Source: Pseudomonas aeruginosa PAO1 (GTDB lineage Bacteria; Pseudomonadota; Gammaproteobacteria; Pseudomonadales; Pseudomonadaceae). From it: a stretch of DNA of 64,000 bases. The notes under the pieces are model-generated. The model saw only the letters and a program-made list of their open reading frames with translations, was not told where the DNA came from and ran no database searches. The position numbers and the translations under genes were made by a program. Positions 1-10,878 of the stretch are shown one piece after another; positions within the stretch are counted from its first letter, which is position 1, and the number at the start of each line of letters is the position of its first letter. The DNA is taken from NCBI RefSeq assembly GCF_000006765.1, contig NC_002516.2; one strand, written 5' to 3'.

Positions 1-902
1 TCCACCGTTTTCGGGGTGAACTGGGCGACACTGGCGACATAGGAAACCTTGGCCGGGATCACGTAGTCCGGCACCGCGTCGATCACCAAGCGCACTTCCT
101 GGCCCAGTCCGACCCTGCCGGCCTGCATGGATGGCAGGAAGAAAGTCATGTAGACGTCGGCCAGGTCGACCATGTTGAGGAGCTTGCCACCGGCCGGCAG
201 CACTTCCCCCGGCTGTGCCACGCGGTACTGCACGCGGCCGTTGCGCGGCGCCTTGAGCAGGCTGTCGTCGATATCCGCCTGGAGCCGGGCGACGCTGGCC
301 TTGGCCGCCTCGATGGCCGACTGCGCCTCGATTACCTGGGAACGCCCGGCCTCGATCGCCGCCTGCGCCGAAATCACTTGCGAGCGTGCCGCGGACAACG
401 CCGCCTGGGCGCTCTGCAGGGTCGCCCGATCGTCGTCGAGTTGCTGTTGCGGCAGGGCATTGCGCTTGACCAGCGCCTCGGTACGGGTGAAGCGCTTCTG
501 CGCCGCTGTCAGCTCTGCCTGGCGCTGCGCCACCACGGCCTGGGCGGTGCTCTTCTCGCTCTCGCGCTGGGCCACCAGCGAGGTCGCGGTGAGCTTGGCG
601 TTCTCCGCCTGGCGCACCTGGGCCTGGGCCTGGGCCAACTGCGCCTCGAGCACCTGGGTATCCATCCGCGCGACGATTTCGCCGGCCTTGACGAAGTCGC
701 CCTCGTCGACCTTGATCTCGGCGACCCGCCCGGGAAGCTTGGCCGCCACGTCCACCTCGGTGGCCTCGATGCGTCCGTTGCCGCTGGCGAATCCCTCGCC
801 CAGGCCGGTCGGTCGCGATACCTGCCAGACCAGCACGCCTACGCCGAGCAGCGCCGCCACGATCAAGGCACGGCTCAGCCACCGTTTGCTTTCCTGTTTC
901 AT
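1..902 (-). CDS. HlyD-family membrane fusion/secretion protein (YhiI-like), partial: 3' end runs off the window
   Basis: Manual translation from ATG at 902 (RBS-like GAGAAGGG upstream): [51 protein letters not shown]..., i.e. an N-terminal TM anchor plus the [10 protein letters not shown] motif, then an Ala/Gln-rich coiled coil. It is absent from the ORF track because its stop lies outside the window. Confidence 0.85.
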   Translation of the reverse strand, partial: MKQESKRWLSRALIVAALLGVGVLVWQVSRPTGLGEGFASGNGRIEATEVDVAAKLPGRVAEIKVDEGDFVKAGEIVARMDTQVLEAQLAQAQAQVRQAENAKLTATSLVAQRESEKSTAQAVVAQRQAELTAAQKRFTRTEALVKRNALPQQQLDDDRATLQSAQAALSAARSQVISAQAAIEAGRSQVIEAQSAIEAAKASVARLQADIDDSLLKAPRNGRVQYRVAQPGEVLPAGGKLLNMVDLADVYMTFFLPSMQAGRVGLGQEVRLVIDAVPDYVIPAKVSYVASVAQFTPKTV

Positions 903-1012
903 CCCTTCTCCTCGCACGTCCGGCCAGGCCGCGGCGATGGCGCTCACGCTGGAAAGCGCGGCCGCCGCGGACTTCACTGGCTCGATTGTCCCTCCAGGGC
1001 GGCGCGCGGGTG

Positions 1013-1026
1013 TTGATGCACGTCAG
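1013..1026. promoter_or_regulatory. Putative Anr/Fnr box upstream of the HlyD-family gene
   Basis: TTGATGCACGTCAG versus consensus TTGAT-N4-ATCAA; lies about 110 bp upstream of the start codon. Confidence 0.5.
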
Positions 1027-1108
1027 ACGCGCCCGACCGAATCTCACAGGAAAGCAGAATCGCCGGTGCCTCGCATCCGGGAGCGCGGGACAGAACGGAT
1101 AGTTGACC

Positions 1109-1528
1109 TCAGGGCTGGACGATGAGGTTGTTGAACAGCAGGTCGGTCACCAGCGGCTTGCCCTCTTCCTGCTCGAGGGTCTGCTGGACCTGCTTCAGCG
1201 CCTCCTGGCGCAGGCTTTCCTTGGCCTCGACCGTACCCAGGCTCTGGTCGGTCTGCTGGGCGAACAGCATGATCAACTGGTTGCGGATCAAGGGCTCGTG
1301 ATGCTCGACCTTGGTCGCCGCGTCCTTGTCGGCCACCTGCAGGGCGATGTCGGCCTTGTAGTACTGCAGGCGCGGCCCGCTGCCGTAGTTGCCGACCAGC
1401 GCCGGGGTCAGGTCGACGTAGACCGGCTTGTTCGCGCCCTCGCCTTCCGGAGCGGCCTCCTCGGCCGAGGCGAACGACGGGAACAGACTCAGGCACAGGG
1501 CCAGCGACAGGGCAATGGGGGTTCTCAC
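1109..1528 (-). CDS. FliL-like protein (orphan, outside a flagellar cluster)
   Basis: GTG start at 1528 after GGAGA; signal/TM segment followed by YVDLTPALVGNY...IRNQLIMLFAQQT...LFNNLIVQ, a typical FliL C-terminal signature. Confidence 0.8.
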   Translation of the reverse strand: MRTPIALSLALCLSLFPSFASAEEAAPEGEGANKPVYVDLTPALVGNYGSGPRLQYYKADIALQVADKDAATKVEHHEPLIRNQLIMLFAQQTDQSLGTVEAKESLRQEALKQVQQTLEQEEGKPLVTDLLFNNLIVQP

Positions 1529-1682
1529 GGGCGCATCTCCTCGACGAATGCCGGCAAGCATAGCCAGACTCTCGGCCGGGCCCAAGCCCGGGGTTTATGG
1601 ACAACCATCAGTTGCGGCGATGCTGATTGACCCCCGGCGTCTCCCTCCTACACTGGCCGGACCGCAAACTGGAGCGTCCCCG

Positions 1683-2660
1683 ATGAAAGCCGTCCTCTGC
1701 AAAGCCTTCGGCCCGGCCAGCAGCCTGGTCCTGGAAGAAATCGCCAGCCCGAGCCCGGCGAAGAACGAAATCCTCCTCGATGTGCACGCCGCCGGGGTCA
1801 ACTTCCCAGACACCCTGATCATCGAGGGCAAGTACCAGTTCAAGCCACCCTTCCCCTTCTCCCCGGGCGGCGAGGCGGCCGGGGTGGTCGCCGCGGTCGG
1901 TGAAAAGGTCGCCCACGTCAGGCCCGGCGACCGGGTCATGGCCCTGACCGGCTGGGGCAGCTTCGCCGAGCAGGTCAAGGTGCCCGGCTATAACGTGATG
2001 CCGATTCCCGAAGGCATGGACTTCGCCAGCGCCGCCGCCTTCGGCATGACCTACGGCACCTCGATGCACGCCCTGAAACAGCGCGCCAACCTGCAACCCG
2101 GCGAGACCCTGCTGGTGCTCGGCGCTTCCGGCGGGGTCGGGCTGGCTGCCGTGGAGATCGGCAAGGCCATGGGCGCCCGGGTGATCGCTGCCGCCAGTAC
2201 CCCCGACAAGCTCGCCGTGGCCAAGGCCGCCGGCGCCGACGAACTGATCAACTACAGCGAAGGTAGCCTGCGCGAGCAGCTCAAGGCCTTGACCGGCGGC
2301 CAGGGCGTCGATGTGATCTACGATCCGGTGGGCGGCGAACTGTTCGAGGAGGCCTTCCGCAGCATCGCCTGGAACGGACGGATGCTGGTGGTCGGCTTCG
2401 CCAGCGGCAGCATCCCTTCGCTGCCGGCCAACCTGACCCTGCTCAAGGGCGCCTCGCTGGTCGGCGTGTTCTGGGGATCGTTCGCCCAACGCCAGCCGCA
2501 GGACAACGCTGACAACTTCCGCCAGCTGTTCGCCTGGCACGCCGAAGGCAAACTGAAGCCGCTGGTGTCGCAGCGCTTCCCGCTGGAACGGGCCGGCGAC
2601 GCTATCGACGCCCTCGGCCAGCGCAGGGCGGTCGGCAAGGTGGTGGTGGAGGTTCGCTGA
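1683..2660 (+). CDS. NADPH:quinone oxidoreductase, zinc-independent MDR family
   Basis: MKAVLCKAFG start, AAGVNFPD motif, GASGGVG nucleotide-binding motif, GKVVV C-terminus; 325 aa. Confidence 0.9.
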   Translation: MKAVLCKAFGPASSLVLEEIASPSPAKNEILLDVHAAGVNFPDTLIIEGKYQFKPPFPFSPGGEAAGVVAAVGEKVAHVRPGDRVMALTGWGSFAEQVKVPGYNVMPIPEGMDFASAAAFGMTYGTSMHALKQRANLQPGETLLVLGASGGVGLAAVEIGKAMGARVIAAASTPDKLAVAKAAGADELINYSEGSLREQLKALTGGQGVDVIYDPVGGELFEEAFRSIAWNGRMLVVGFASGSIPSLPANLTLLKGASLVGVFWGSFAQRQPQDNADNFRQLFAWHAEGKLKPLVSQRFPLERAGDAIDALGQRRAVGKVVVEVR

Positions 2661-2769
2661 GCCACGAAGGCGGCGAGTATTGCCTCCCGCCCGTGCGGAG
2701 AAAGGCATGGCGGGCCGGAGCGATACACCGGCCGAGGCCCACGCTGTCAGATGTTTTTCCCCTATGAAG

Positions 2770-2800
2770 GCCCCGGTTTCCGACCGGGGCTTTCTTATTT
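2770..2800 (+). terminator. Intrinsic terminator downstream of the oxidoreductase
   Basis: Stem GCCCCGGT/ACCGGGGC followed by TTTCTTATTT. Confidence 0.7.
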
Positions 2801-2835
2801 CCGACCAATGCACTCAACCTGTAACATTTCCGCTA

Positions 2836-2855
2836 TTTTTTCATTTACGAAAAAT
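2836..2855. promoter_or_regulatory. Putative GlpR operator upstream of glpT
   Basis: TTTTTTCATTTACGAAAAAT; core TTCA-TTTA-CGAA resembles the GlpR core TTCG-W4-CGAA, in an AT-rich island directly upstream of glpT. Confidence 0.5.
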
Positions 2856-2909
2856 GTAGTGTTCGCAACCGCGTAAAAAGGCGCGACACAACAACAAGCG
2901 GAGCTCGCG

Positions 2910-4256
2910 ATGTTCGGAATCTTTCGTCCCGCGCCACACCAGGCGCCACTGCCCGATGCCGAGGTGGACAGCACCTACCGGCGCCTGCGCTGGCAGATCT
3001 TCGCCGGTATCTTCATCGGCTACGCGGGTTACTACCTGCTGCGCAAGAACTTCTCCCTGGCCATGCCCTACCTCATCGAGGACGGCTACAGCCGCGGTCA
3101 ACTGGGCGTCGCGATGTCGGCCATCGCCATCGCCTACGGCCTGTCGAAATTCATCATGGGCCTGGTCTCGGACCGTTCCAACCCACGGGTCTTCCTGCCG
3201 TTCGGCCTGTTGGTGTCGGCGGCGGTGATGTTCATTTTCGGATTCGCGCACTGGGCTACCTCCAGCGTCGCCATCATGTTCGTCCTGCTCTTCATCAACG
3301 GCTGGGCCCAGGGCATGGGCTGGCCGCCGAGCGGACGGACCATGGTCCACTGGTGGTCGCAGAAGGAGCGCGGCAGCGTGGTCTCAGTGTGGAACGTCGC
3401 CCACAATGTCGGCGGCGGCCTGATCGGCCCGCTGTTCCTGCTCGGCCTGGCGCTGTTCGGCGACTGGCGCTCGGCCTTCTACGTGCCGGCCATCGTCGCC
3501 GTGGGCGTAGCCGTGTTCGCCTATTTCGCCATGCGCGACACCCCGCAATCCTGCGGCCTGCCGCCGATCGAGAAGCATAAGGACGACTACCCCGAAGGCT
3601 ACGACGAACACCACGAGCGCGAGCTGTCGACCAAGGAGATCTTCGTCACCTACGTGCTGCGCAACAAGCTGCTCTGGTACATCGCCCTGGCCAACGTGTT
3701 CGTCTACCTGCTGCGCTACGGTGTGCTCGACTGGGCGCCGACCTACCTCAAGGAGGCCAAGCACTTCAACGTCGACAAGTCGTCCTGGGCGTACTTCTTC
3801 TACGAATGGGCGGGGATTCCCGGCACCCTGCTCTGCGGCTGGCTGTCGGACAAGCTGTTCAAGGGCAATCGCGGCGCCACCGGCGTGGTGTTCATGATCC
3901 TGGTGACCGTCGGCACCCTGATCTACTGGCTGAACCCGGCCGGCAACCCGGCGATCGACATGGCCGCGCTGATCATGATCGGCTTCCTGATCTACGGCCC
4001 GGTGATGCTGATCGGCTTGCAGGCCCTGGAGCTGGCGCCGAAGAAAGCGGCCGGCACCGCCGCCGGCTTCACCGGTCTGTTCGGCTACCTCGGCGGCTCG
4101 GTGGCGGCCAACGCCCTGGTCGGCTACACGGTGGATCACTTCGGCTGGGACGGTGGCTTCAAGCTGCTGATCGGCGCCTGCCTGCTGGCCATCCTGTTCC
4201 TCTGCCTGACCCTGCGCAAACCCGCGGTCCAGGCCGCGCCGCAGCAAGCCGGCTGA
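2910..4256 (+). CDS. glpT: Glycerol-3-phosphate transporter (MFS, OPA family)
   Basis: [31 protein letters not shown] and [25 protein letters not shown] are GlpT hallmarks; 448 aa. Confidence 0.97.
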   Translation: MFGIFRPAPHQAPLPDAEVDSTYRRLRWQIFAGIFIGYAGYYLLRKNFSLAMPYLIEDGYSRGQLGVAMSAIAIAYGLSKFIMGLVSDRSNPRVFLPFGLLVSAAVMFIFGFAHWATSSVAIMFVLLFINGWAQGMGWPPSGRTMVHWWSQKERGSVVSVWNVAHNVGGGLIGPLFLLGLALFGDWRSAFYVPAIVAVGVAVFAYFAMRDTPQSCGLPPIEKHKDDYPEGYDEHHERELSTKEIFVTYVLRNKLLWYIALANVFVYLLRYGVLDWAPTYLKEAKHFNVDKSSWAYFFYEWAGIPGTLLCGWLSDKLFKGNRGATGVVFMILVTVGTLIYWLNPAGNPAIDMAALIMIGFLIYGPVMLIGLQALELAPKKAAGTAAGFTGLFGYLGGSVAANALVGYTVDHFGWDGGFKLLIGACLLAILFLCLTLRKPAVQAAPQQAG

Positions 4257-4263
4257 TGACGCG

Positions 4264-4290
4264 GCGGCTCCGGCGCCAGGCCGGAGCCGC
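4264..4290. terminator. GC-rich hairpin between convergent glpT and the reductase gene
   Basis: 11-bp perfect stem GCGGCTCCGGC/GCCGGAGCCGC; no U-tract. Confidence 0.4.
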
Positions 4291-4292
4291 GT

Positions 4293-5261
4293 TCAGTCCC
4301 GCGGCGCGTAGGCGAACACGTCGGCGCGCATCTGGTGCGCGTCCATCCCTGCTTCGACCAGGGCATCCAGGGTCGCGTAGACCATCGCCGGCGAGCCGCT
4401 GGCATACACATGCAGGCTCGACAGGTCGGCGAAATCCTCGCGCACCGCCTCGTGCAGCAAGCCGCAGCGCCCCTCCCAGCCACAGAGGTCGCTGACCACC
4501 CGGTGCAGGAACAGGTTCGGCAGGCCTTCCCACTCCGTCCAGTGCGGCAGTCGGTAGAAATCCTCCGGACGCCGAACGCCCCAGTAGAGATGTACAGGAT
4601 GGGCGAAGCCGGCGGCGCGGCAGTGCTCGATCAGGCTGTGCATCTGCGACATGCCGGTTCCCGCAGCGATCAGCACCAGCGGACCGTCGGGCAGTTCCGC
4701 CAGATGCGCGTCGCCGAACGGCAGCTGGATCCGTGCCAGGCGCTCGCGCTGCAATTGCGCGATCAGCGCGACGGCACTGTCTTCCTTGGCCAGGATGTGC
4801 AACTCAAGGTCGCGTCCCGCATGCGGCGCGGAGGCCAGGGAAAACGCCGCGCTGTCGCCGCCGTCACGCTCCAGCAACAGGTACTGCCCGGCGTGATAGC
4901 GTGGCGGCTTGCCGGCCGGCGCGCGCAGGCCGACCCGGTAGACGTCGCCGCCGACCTCTTCGCAGAAGCTCAACTGGCAGGTCAGCTTGCGCAGAGGCAG
5001 TTCACCCGGCGCCAGCACCCCGTCCCAATGCAGCACGCAGTCTTCCAGCGGCTCAGCGAGGCAGGTGAAGAGTTCGCCATGATCGCGTACCTCGCCGTTC
5101 TGGCGTACCCGCCCCTCCACCAGCAGCGCCGCGCAGATATGGCAGTTGCCGTTGCGGCAGCTCTGCGGACAGTCGTAGCCAAGCCGCCGGGCGCCATCGA
5201 GGATGCGTTCCCCCGGCAGCAGCTCGAGGCAGGCGCCGGACGGTTGCAGGACGATACGCAT
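4293..5261 (-). CDS. 2Fe-2S ferredoxin/NAD(P)H-flavin reductase (CDP-6-deoxy-3,4-glucoseen reductase/Fre-like)
   Basis: Start MRIVLQPSG overlaps the ubiD stop; CPQSCRNGNCHIC...C 2Fe-2S motif, AAFSLAS FAD motif, IAAGTGMSQ and YASGSPAM NAD motifs. Confidence 0.88.
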   Translation of the reverse strand: MRIVLQPSGACLELLPGERILDGARRLGYDCPQSCRNGNCHICAALLVEGRVRQNGEVRDHGELFTCLAEPLEDCVLHWDGVLAPGELPLRKLTCQLSFCEEVGGDVYRVGLRAPAGKPPRYHAGQYLLLERDGGDSAAFSLASAPHAGRDLELHILAKEDSAVALIAQLQRERLARIQLPFGDAHLAELPDGPLVLIAAGTGMSQMHSLIEHCRAAGFAHPVHLYWGVRRPEDFYRLPHWTEWEGLPNLFLHRVVSDLCGWEGRCGLLHEAVREDFADLSSLHVYASGSPAMVYATLDALVEAGMDAHQMRADVFAYAPRD

Positions 5262-6727
5262 CAGTCGATCCCGAGGCTCGACCAGAGGGCGTCGATGCGC
5301 CGTGTCACCGCTTCGTCCTTGACGATGGCGCGCCCCCATTCGCGGCTGGTCTCGCCCGGCCACTTGTGGGTGGCATCAAGCCCCATCTTCGAGCCGAGGC
5401 CGGAAACCGGCGAGGCGAAGTCGAGGTAGTCGATGGGCGTGTTGTCGATCATCACCGTGTCGCGCTTGGGGTCCATCCGCGTGGTGATGGCCCAGATCAC
5501 ATCGTTCCAGTCGCGCGCATCGATGTCATCGTCGGTGACGATGACGAACTTGGTGTACATGAACTGCCGCAGGAACGACCAGACCCCGAGCATCACGCGC
5601 TTGGCGTGCCCTGGGTACTGCTTCTTCATGGTCACCACCGCCATCCGGTAGGAACAACCTTCCGGCGGCAGGTAGAAATCGACGATTTCCGGGAACTGCT
5701 TCTGCAGGATCGGCACGAACACTTCGTTCAGCGCCACCCCGAGGATCGCCGGCTCGTCCGGCGGACGCCCGGTGTAGGTGCTGTGGTAGATCGGTTTCTG
5801 CCGGCGGGTGACGCGCTCGACGGTGAACACCGGGAAGCGATCGACCTCGTTGTAGTAGCCGGTGTGATCGCCATAGGGGCCTTCGTCGGCCATCTCGCCG
5901 GGGTGGATCACCCCTTCGAGGACGATCTCGGCGCTGGCCGGCACCTGCAAGTCGCTCCCGCGACACTTGACCAGCTCGGTACGATGCCCGCGCAACAGGC
6001 CGGCGAAAGCGTATTCGGAAAGGGTGTCCGGCACCGGCGTCACCGCACCGAGGATGGTCGCCGGATCGGCGCCCAGCGCCACGGCTACCGGATAGGGCTG
6101 GCCCGGATGCTTCTGGCACCACTCGCGGTAGTCCAGTGCGCCGCCGCGATGGCTGAGCCAGCGCATGATCACCTTGTTGCGGCCGATCACCTGCTGGCGG
6201 TAGATGCCCAGGTTCTGCCGTTCCTTGTTCGGCCCGCGGGTAACGGTCAGGCCCCAGGTGATCAGCGGCCCGACATCGCCCGGCCAGCAGGTCTGGACCG
6301 GCAGCCGGCCGAGGTCGACGTCCTCGCCCTCCTCGACCACTTCCTGGCAGGGGGCGTCCTTGAGCACCTTCGGCGCCATGGACAGGACCTTCCTGTACAT
6401 CGGCAGCTTGGCCCAGGCGTCCTTGAGGCCCTTCGGCGGCTCGGGCTCCTTGAGTTGCGCCAGCAGCTTGCCGATCTCGCGCAGTGCGCCGACGTCCTCG
6501 GCGCCCATGCCCAGCGCCACGCGCTCCGGCGTACCGAACAGGTTGCCGAGCACCGGCATGTCGAAGCCGGTCGGCTTTTCGAACAGCAATGCCGGGCCCT
6601 TGGCGCGCAACGTGCGGTCGCACACCTCGGTCATCTCGAGCACGGGGGAAATCGGCACCTGGATGCGCTTCAACGCACCGCGCTGCTCCAGCTGGGCGAT
6701 GAAATCGCGGAGATCCTTGAACGTCAT
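5261..6727 (-). CDS. ubiD: 3-octaprenyl-4-hydroxybenzoate decarboxylase
   Basis: [14 protein letters not shown]..., [11 protein letters not shown] catalytic motif, GSKMGLDAT; 488 aa. Confidence 0.97.
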   Translation of the reverse strand: MTFKDLRDFIAQLEQRGALKRIQVPISPVLEMTEVCDRTLRAKGPALLFEKPTGFDMPVLGNLFGTPERVALGMGAEDVGALREIGKLLAQLKEPEPPKGLKDAWAKLPMYRKVLSMAPKVLKDAPCQEVVEEGEDVDLGRLPVQTCWPGDVGPLITWGLTVTRGPNKERQNLGIYRQQVIGRNKVIMRWLSHRGGALDYREWCQKHPGQPYPVAVALGADPATILGAVTPVPDTLSEYAFAGLLRGHRTELVKCRGSDLQVPASAEIVLEGVIHPGEMADEGPYGDHTGYYNEVDRFPVFTVERVTRRQKPIYHSTYTGRPPDEPAILGVALNEVFVPILQKQFPEIVDFYLPPEGCSYRMAVVTMKKQYPGHAKRVMLGVWSFLRQFMYTKFVIVTDDDIDARDWNDVIWAITTRMDPKRDTVMIDNTPIDYLDFASPVSGLGSKMGLDATHKWPGETSREWGRAIVKDEAVTRRIDALWSSLGID

Positions 6728-6805
6728 TGGCCTAACCATTCACTGCAAGACCCCACATCCTACCTGCTCCCGGCCCATCCGGCAGCAGGCAAACGCGGCA
6801 TTCGG

Positions 6806-8794
6806 TCACTGCTGGCTGGCGATCCTCGAGTCGTCGAGGCTCTGTAGCATCGGCTCGAACAAAGGCCCGAGTTCATGGGCCCCCTGGGTCGAAAGGTGGT
6901 TGTTATCCATGTACAGTGACCAGCCATCACGTTCGGCGAAACAATCCAGGCCATCGCAGAGCACGCTGGAGGGGTCGAGCACGCTCACCCGCGGGTTGCC
7001 TTCGGCCAACGCATCGAACAGCGCATTCACGTAGGCGACGCGCGCAGCGTGCTCAGCGAAGGGAAAACGTGCGCGCCCGACATCCTCCCCGCTCAGACTC
7101 AGCCGCACCAGCCGCGCCGGTGCCTTGAATGGCAGCAGCGGTACGTCCTTGACCAGCCAGACATGTACGTCGGCCGCGTTCAGCCTTTCGATCATCCCGC
7201 TCAGGCGTTGCCGCAGCAGCGCCTCGGCGATCGAGCTGTCCGGCGTGTCGTCCGGCTCGCGGAGAATGTTGCGGGTACCGTCCTGCGAGTCGCCGTATAT
7301 ATACATGTCCCAGCGCCCGGCGAGGATCACCCCGCCCGGCCGCTGCTGTTCGACGAACTCGAGCATCTGCTGGTTGAAACGCAGGCAAGTGTCCTTTTCC
7401 AGCATCCCCAGCAACGGCGGACAGCCCGCCAGCGAAGCCTGCCAGATCGGCAGTCGGCGACTGGTAGCCAGTTCGCGCAGCAGCGGGCTCAACGCCGCGG
7501 AATGGCTGTCGCCCCAACTGACCAGCAGCGGTCGTTCGGCAGCCAGTTCCGCCGGGAAGCGGCAGATGCTTTCCTGACTGAGCGCCTTCTTGTCGAACAT
7601 GCAGTCGGTCTGCCCATCGCGCCATTTGGACGCCTTGGCATAACGCAAGGCTTCCTCGGAAAGACGCGACGGCACGCCGTCGTAATGCCGCACCAACTGG
7701 CCGATGACTCCCAGCAGCAGCAAGCTGCACAGCGCCGCGCCAAGCATCTGCCGGCGCCCGGCGAACAGCTTGCGCTCGCGGAACGGTGCCTCGACGTAGT
7801 ACAGCGACAGTGCCGCCAGGCCGATGCTCGCCGCCAGCAACCCCAGGCGTGCCGGCAGGCCCAGGGTTTCCAGTGCGTGGTACTGGACGAAGACGTACAG
7901 CGGCCAGTGCCAGAGGTACAGCGAATAGGAGATCAGACCGAACCAGACCAGCGGTTGCCAGCCCAGCAGGCGGCGAACCCAGGTGTCGCCGGCGCCGTTG
8001 GCCCAGATCAGCAGGGCGGTGCCAAGCACCGCCGGCAGCGCCGCGAGGCCGGGGAAAGGAGTGTCGCTGTCGTAGAAGAACACCGGCAGGAGAATCGCCG
8101 CTATGCCGAGGGTGGCCGCCAGTTGCAGGGACCACTGCGAATGACCGCGGCTAGCGCCCGGCAGCAACGCCAGCGCGGCACCCGCCAGGAGTTCCCAGGC
8201 GCGCATCGGCAGGAGGAAGAATGCACTGCCAGGTCGCTGGCTCACCGCCCAGACGCTGGCCGCCAGCGATAGCGCCAGGACCGCGAGGAGGATGGCGAGC
8301 CGCCAGCGCAGCAGGCGCCCGGAGATCGCGGCCAGCAGTAGCGGGAAGAGAATGTAGAACTGCTCTTCCACCGACAACGACCAGGTATGCAATAGCGGCT
8401 TGAATTCGGACGCGGCGTCGAAATAGCCATCCTGCTTCCAGAACAGGATGTTCGAGGCGAACATCGTCTGGTAACGCACCGAACGACCCAATTGCTCGTA
8501 GTCCCGCGGCTCCATCAGGAACCAGCCGGCCGCCAGGCTGACGGCCATCATAACGAACAAAGCGGGGAGGATGCGTCGCGCCCGGCGAGCCCAGAAATCG
8601 ACGAAGCTGAAACGCCCGGCCTGCCGATCGCGCCGGATGATCGAAGTGATCAGGTAGCCGGAAATCACCAGAAAGACATCGACGCCGACATACCCGCCGG
8701 TGAAACCGCCCAAGCCCAAGTGATAGAACACCACCGACAAGATGGCCAGTGCGCGCAATCCATCGATATCTCTTCGATAAGGCAGGCTCGACAT
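6806..8794 (-). CDS. Acyltransferase-3 + SGNH fusion, probable polysaccharide/O-antigen O-acetyltransferase (OafA-like)
   Basis: YRRDIDGLRA, GYVGVDVFLVISGY, RARRILP, HTWSLSVEEQFY in the N-terminal TM domain; GDSHS and DNNHLS SGNH motifs in the C-terminal domain. Confidence 0.9.
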   Translation of the reverse strand: MSSLPYRRDIDGLRALAILSVVFYHLGLGGFTGGYVGVDVFLVISGYLITSIIRRDRQAGRFSFVDFWARRARRILPALFVMMAVSLAAGWFLMEPRDYEQLGRSVRYQTMFASNILFWKQDGYFDAASEFKPLLHTWSLSVEEQFYILFPLLLAAISGRLLRWRLAILLAVLALSLAASVWAVSQRPGSAFFLLPMRAWELLAGAALALLPGASRGHSQWSLQLAATLGIAAILLPVFFYDSDTPFPGLAALPAVLGTALLIWANGAGDTWVRRLLGWQPLVWFGLISYSLYLWHWPLYVFVQYHALETLGLPARLGLLAASIGLAALSLYYVEAPFRERKLFAGRRQMLGAALCSLLLLGVIGQLVRHYDGVPSRLSEEALRYAKASKWRDGQTDCMFDKKALSQESICRFPAELAAERPLLVSWGDSHSAALSPLLRELATSRRLPIWQASLAGCPPLLGMLEKDTCLRFNQQMLEFVEQQRPGGVILAGRWDMYIYGDSQDGTRNILREPDDTPDSSIAEALLRQRLSGMIERLNAADVHVWLVKDVPLLPFKAPARLVRLSLSGEDVGRARFPFAEHAARVAYVNALFDALAEGNPRVSVLDPSSVLCDGLDCFAERDGWSLYMDNNHLSTQGAHELGPLFEPMLQSLDDSRIASQQ

Positions 8795-8813
8795 CTATTT
8801 TTCTCCAGGCATG

Positions 8814-8846
8814 AAAAAAGGCGCTCCGGTCAAACCGGAGCGCCTT
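8814..8846 (-). terminator. Intrinsic terminator after rho
   Basis: 11-bp stem GGCGCTCCGGT/ACCGGAGCGCC with a 6-T tract on the minus strand. Confidence 0.8.
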
Positions 8847-8864
8847 CTTCAATTCCCTGGAAGA

Positions 8865-10124
<1,260 letters not shown>

Positions 10125-10310
10125 AGGAAAGAGATAGGTACGCAGAAAGAGGAATTGGAGAAAGCGTCGAGCTTGGGAAAGCCGTGTCGCAAGGGGGCGA
10201 CAGGAGCGCTAGAAAGTTCGAGTAGGAAGTGCGTCCGGGACGGCATGCAGAAGGCGACGGAAAAAACGTCGCGAACCCGAATTTAACACCGTGGCCGCGT
10301 GGCGTCTATA
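10125..10310 (-). promoter_or_regulatory. rho 5' leader, C-rich/G-poor (candidate rut site; likely the Pseudomon-Rho cis-regulatory RNA motif)
   Basis: In 10141-10200 the mRNA strand has 25 C versus 10 G by hand count. Recall of a conserved RNA motif upstream of Pseudomonas rho; boundaries approximate. Confidence 0.45.
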
Positions 10311-10317
10311 GAAACGC

Positions 10318-10347
10318 AAAAAAAAGCCCCGCGAATCGCGGGGCTTT
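10318..10347 (-). terminator. Intrinsic terminator after trxA
   Basis: Stem GCCCCGCG/CGCGGGGC with an 8-T tract on the minus strand. Confidence 0.85.
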
Positions 10348-10368
10348 CCAGCGAGGCCTGGGCCCGGC

Positions 10369-10695
10369 TCAGATATTGGCGTCGAGGAAGGCCGCCAGCT
10401 GCGACTTGGACAGTGCGCCGACCTTGGTCGCCTCGACATTGCCGTCCTTGAACAGCATCAGGGTAGGGATGCCACGCACGCCGTATTTCGGCGGGGTATC
10501 CTGGTTCTCGTCGATGTTCAGCTTGCAGACCTTCAGCTTGCCCTGATAGTCCCTGGCGACTTCGTCCAGCACCGGCGCGATCATCTTGCACGGACCGCAC
10601 CACTCGGCCCAGTAGTCCACCAGCACAGGGCCGTCGGCCTTCAGCACGTCCTGCTCGAAGCTGGCATCAGTAACGTTGACGATATGTTCGCTCAT
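10369..10695 (-). CDS. trxA: Thioredoxin 1
   Basis: [10 protein letters not shown]..., WAEWCGPC active site; 108 aa. Confidence 0.98.
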
Positions 10696-10878
10696 GAAAT
10701 CTCTCCGTAGTCGGACGCGAATTGAAACGCGAAAGTGCCGACCATCATATCCCGCCTTGACCCTCGCCGGAAGGCGCAGCCGATTGAGAGTCTCTATCGT
10801 TGGTCGGCTGATTCCCGATTGATCGGCTGCCGCATTGGCGACCCTCGCCCTATCGTGGCAGGATGGCGCAGTTTTCCA

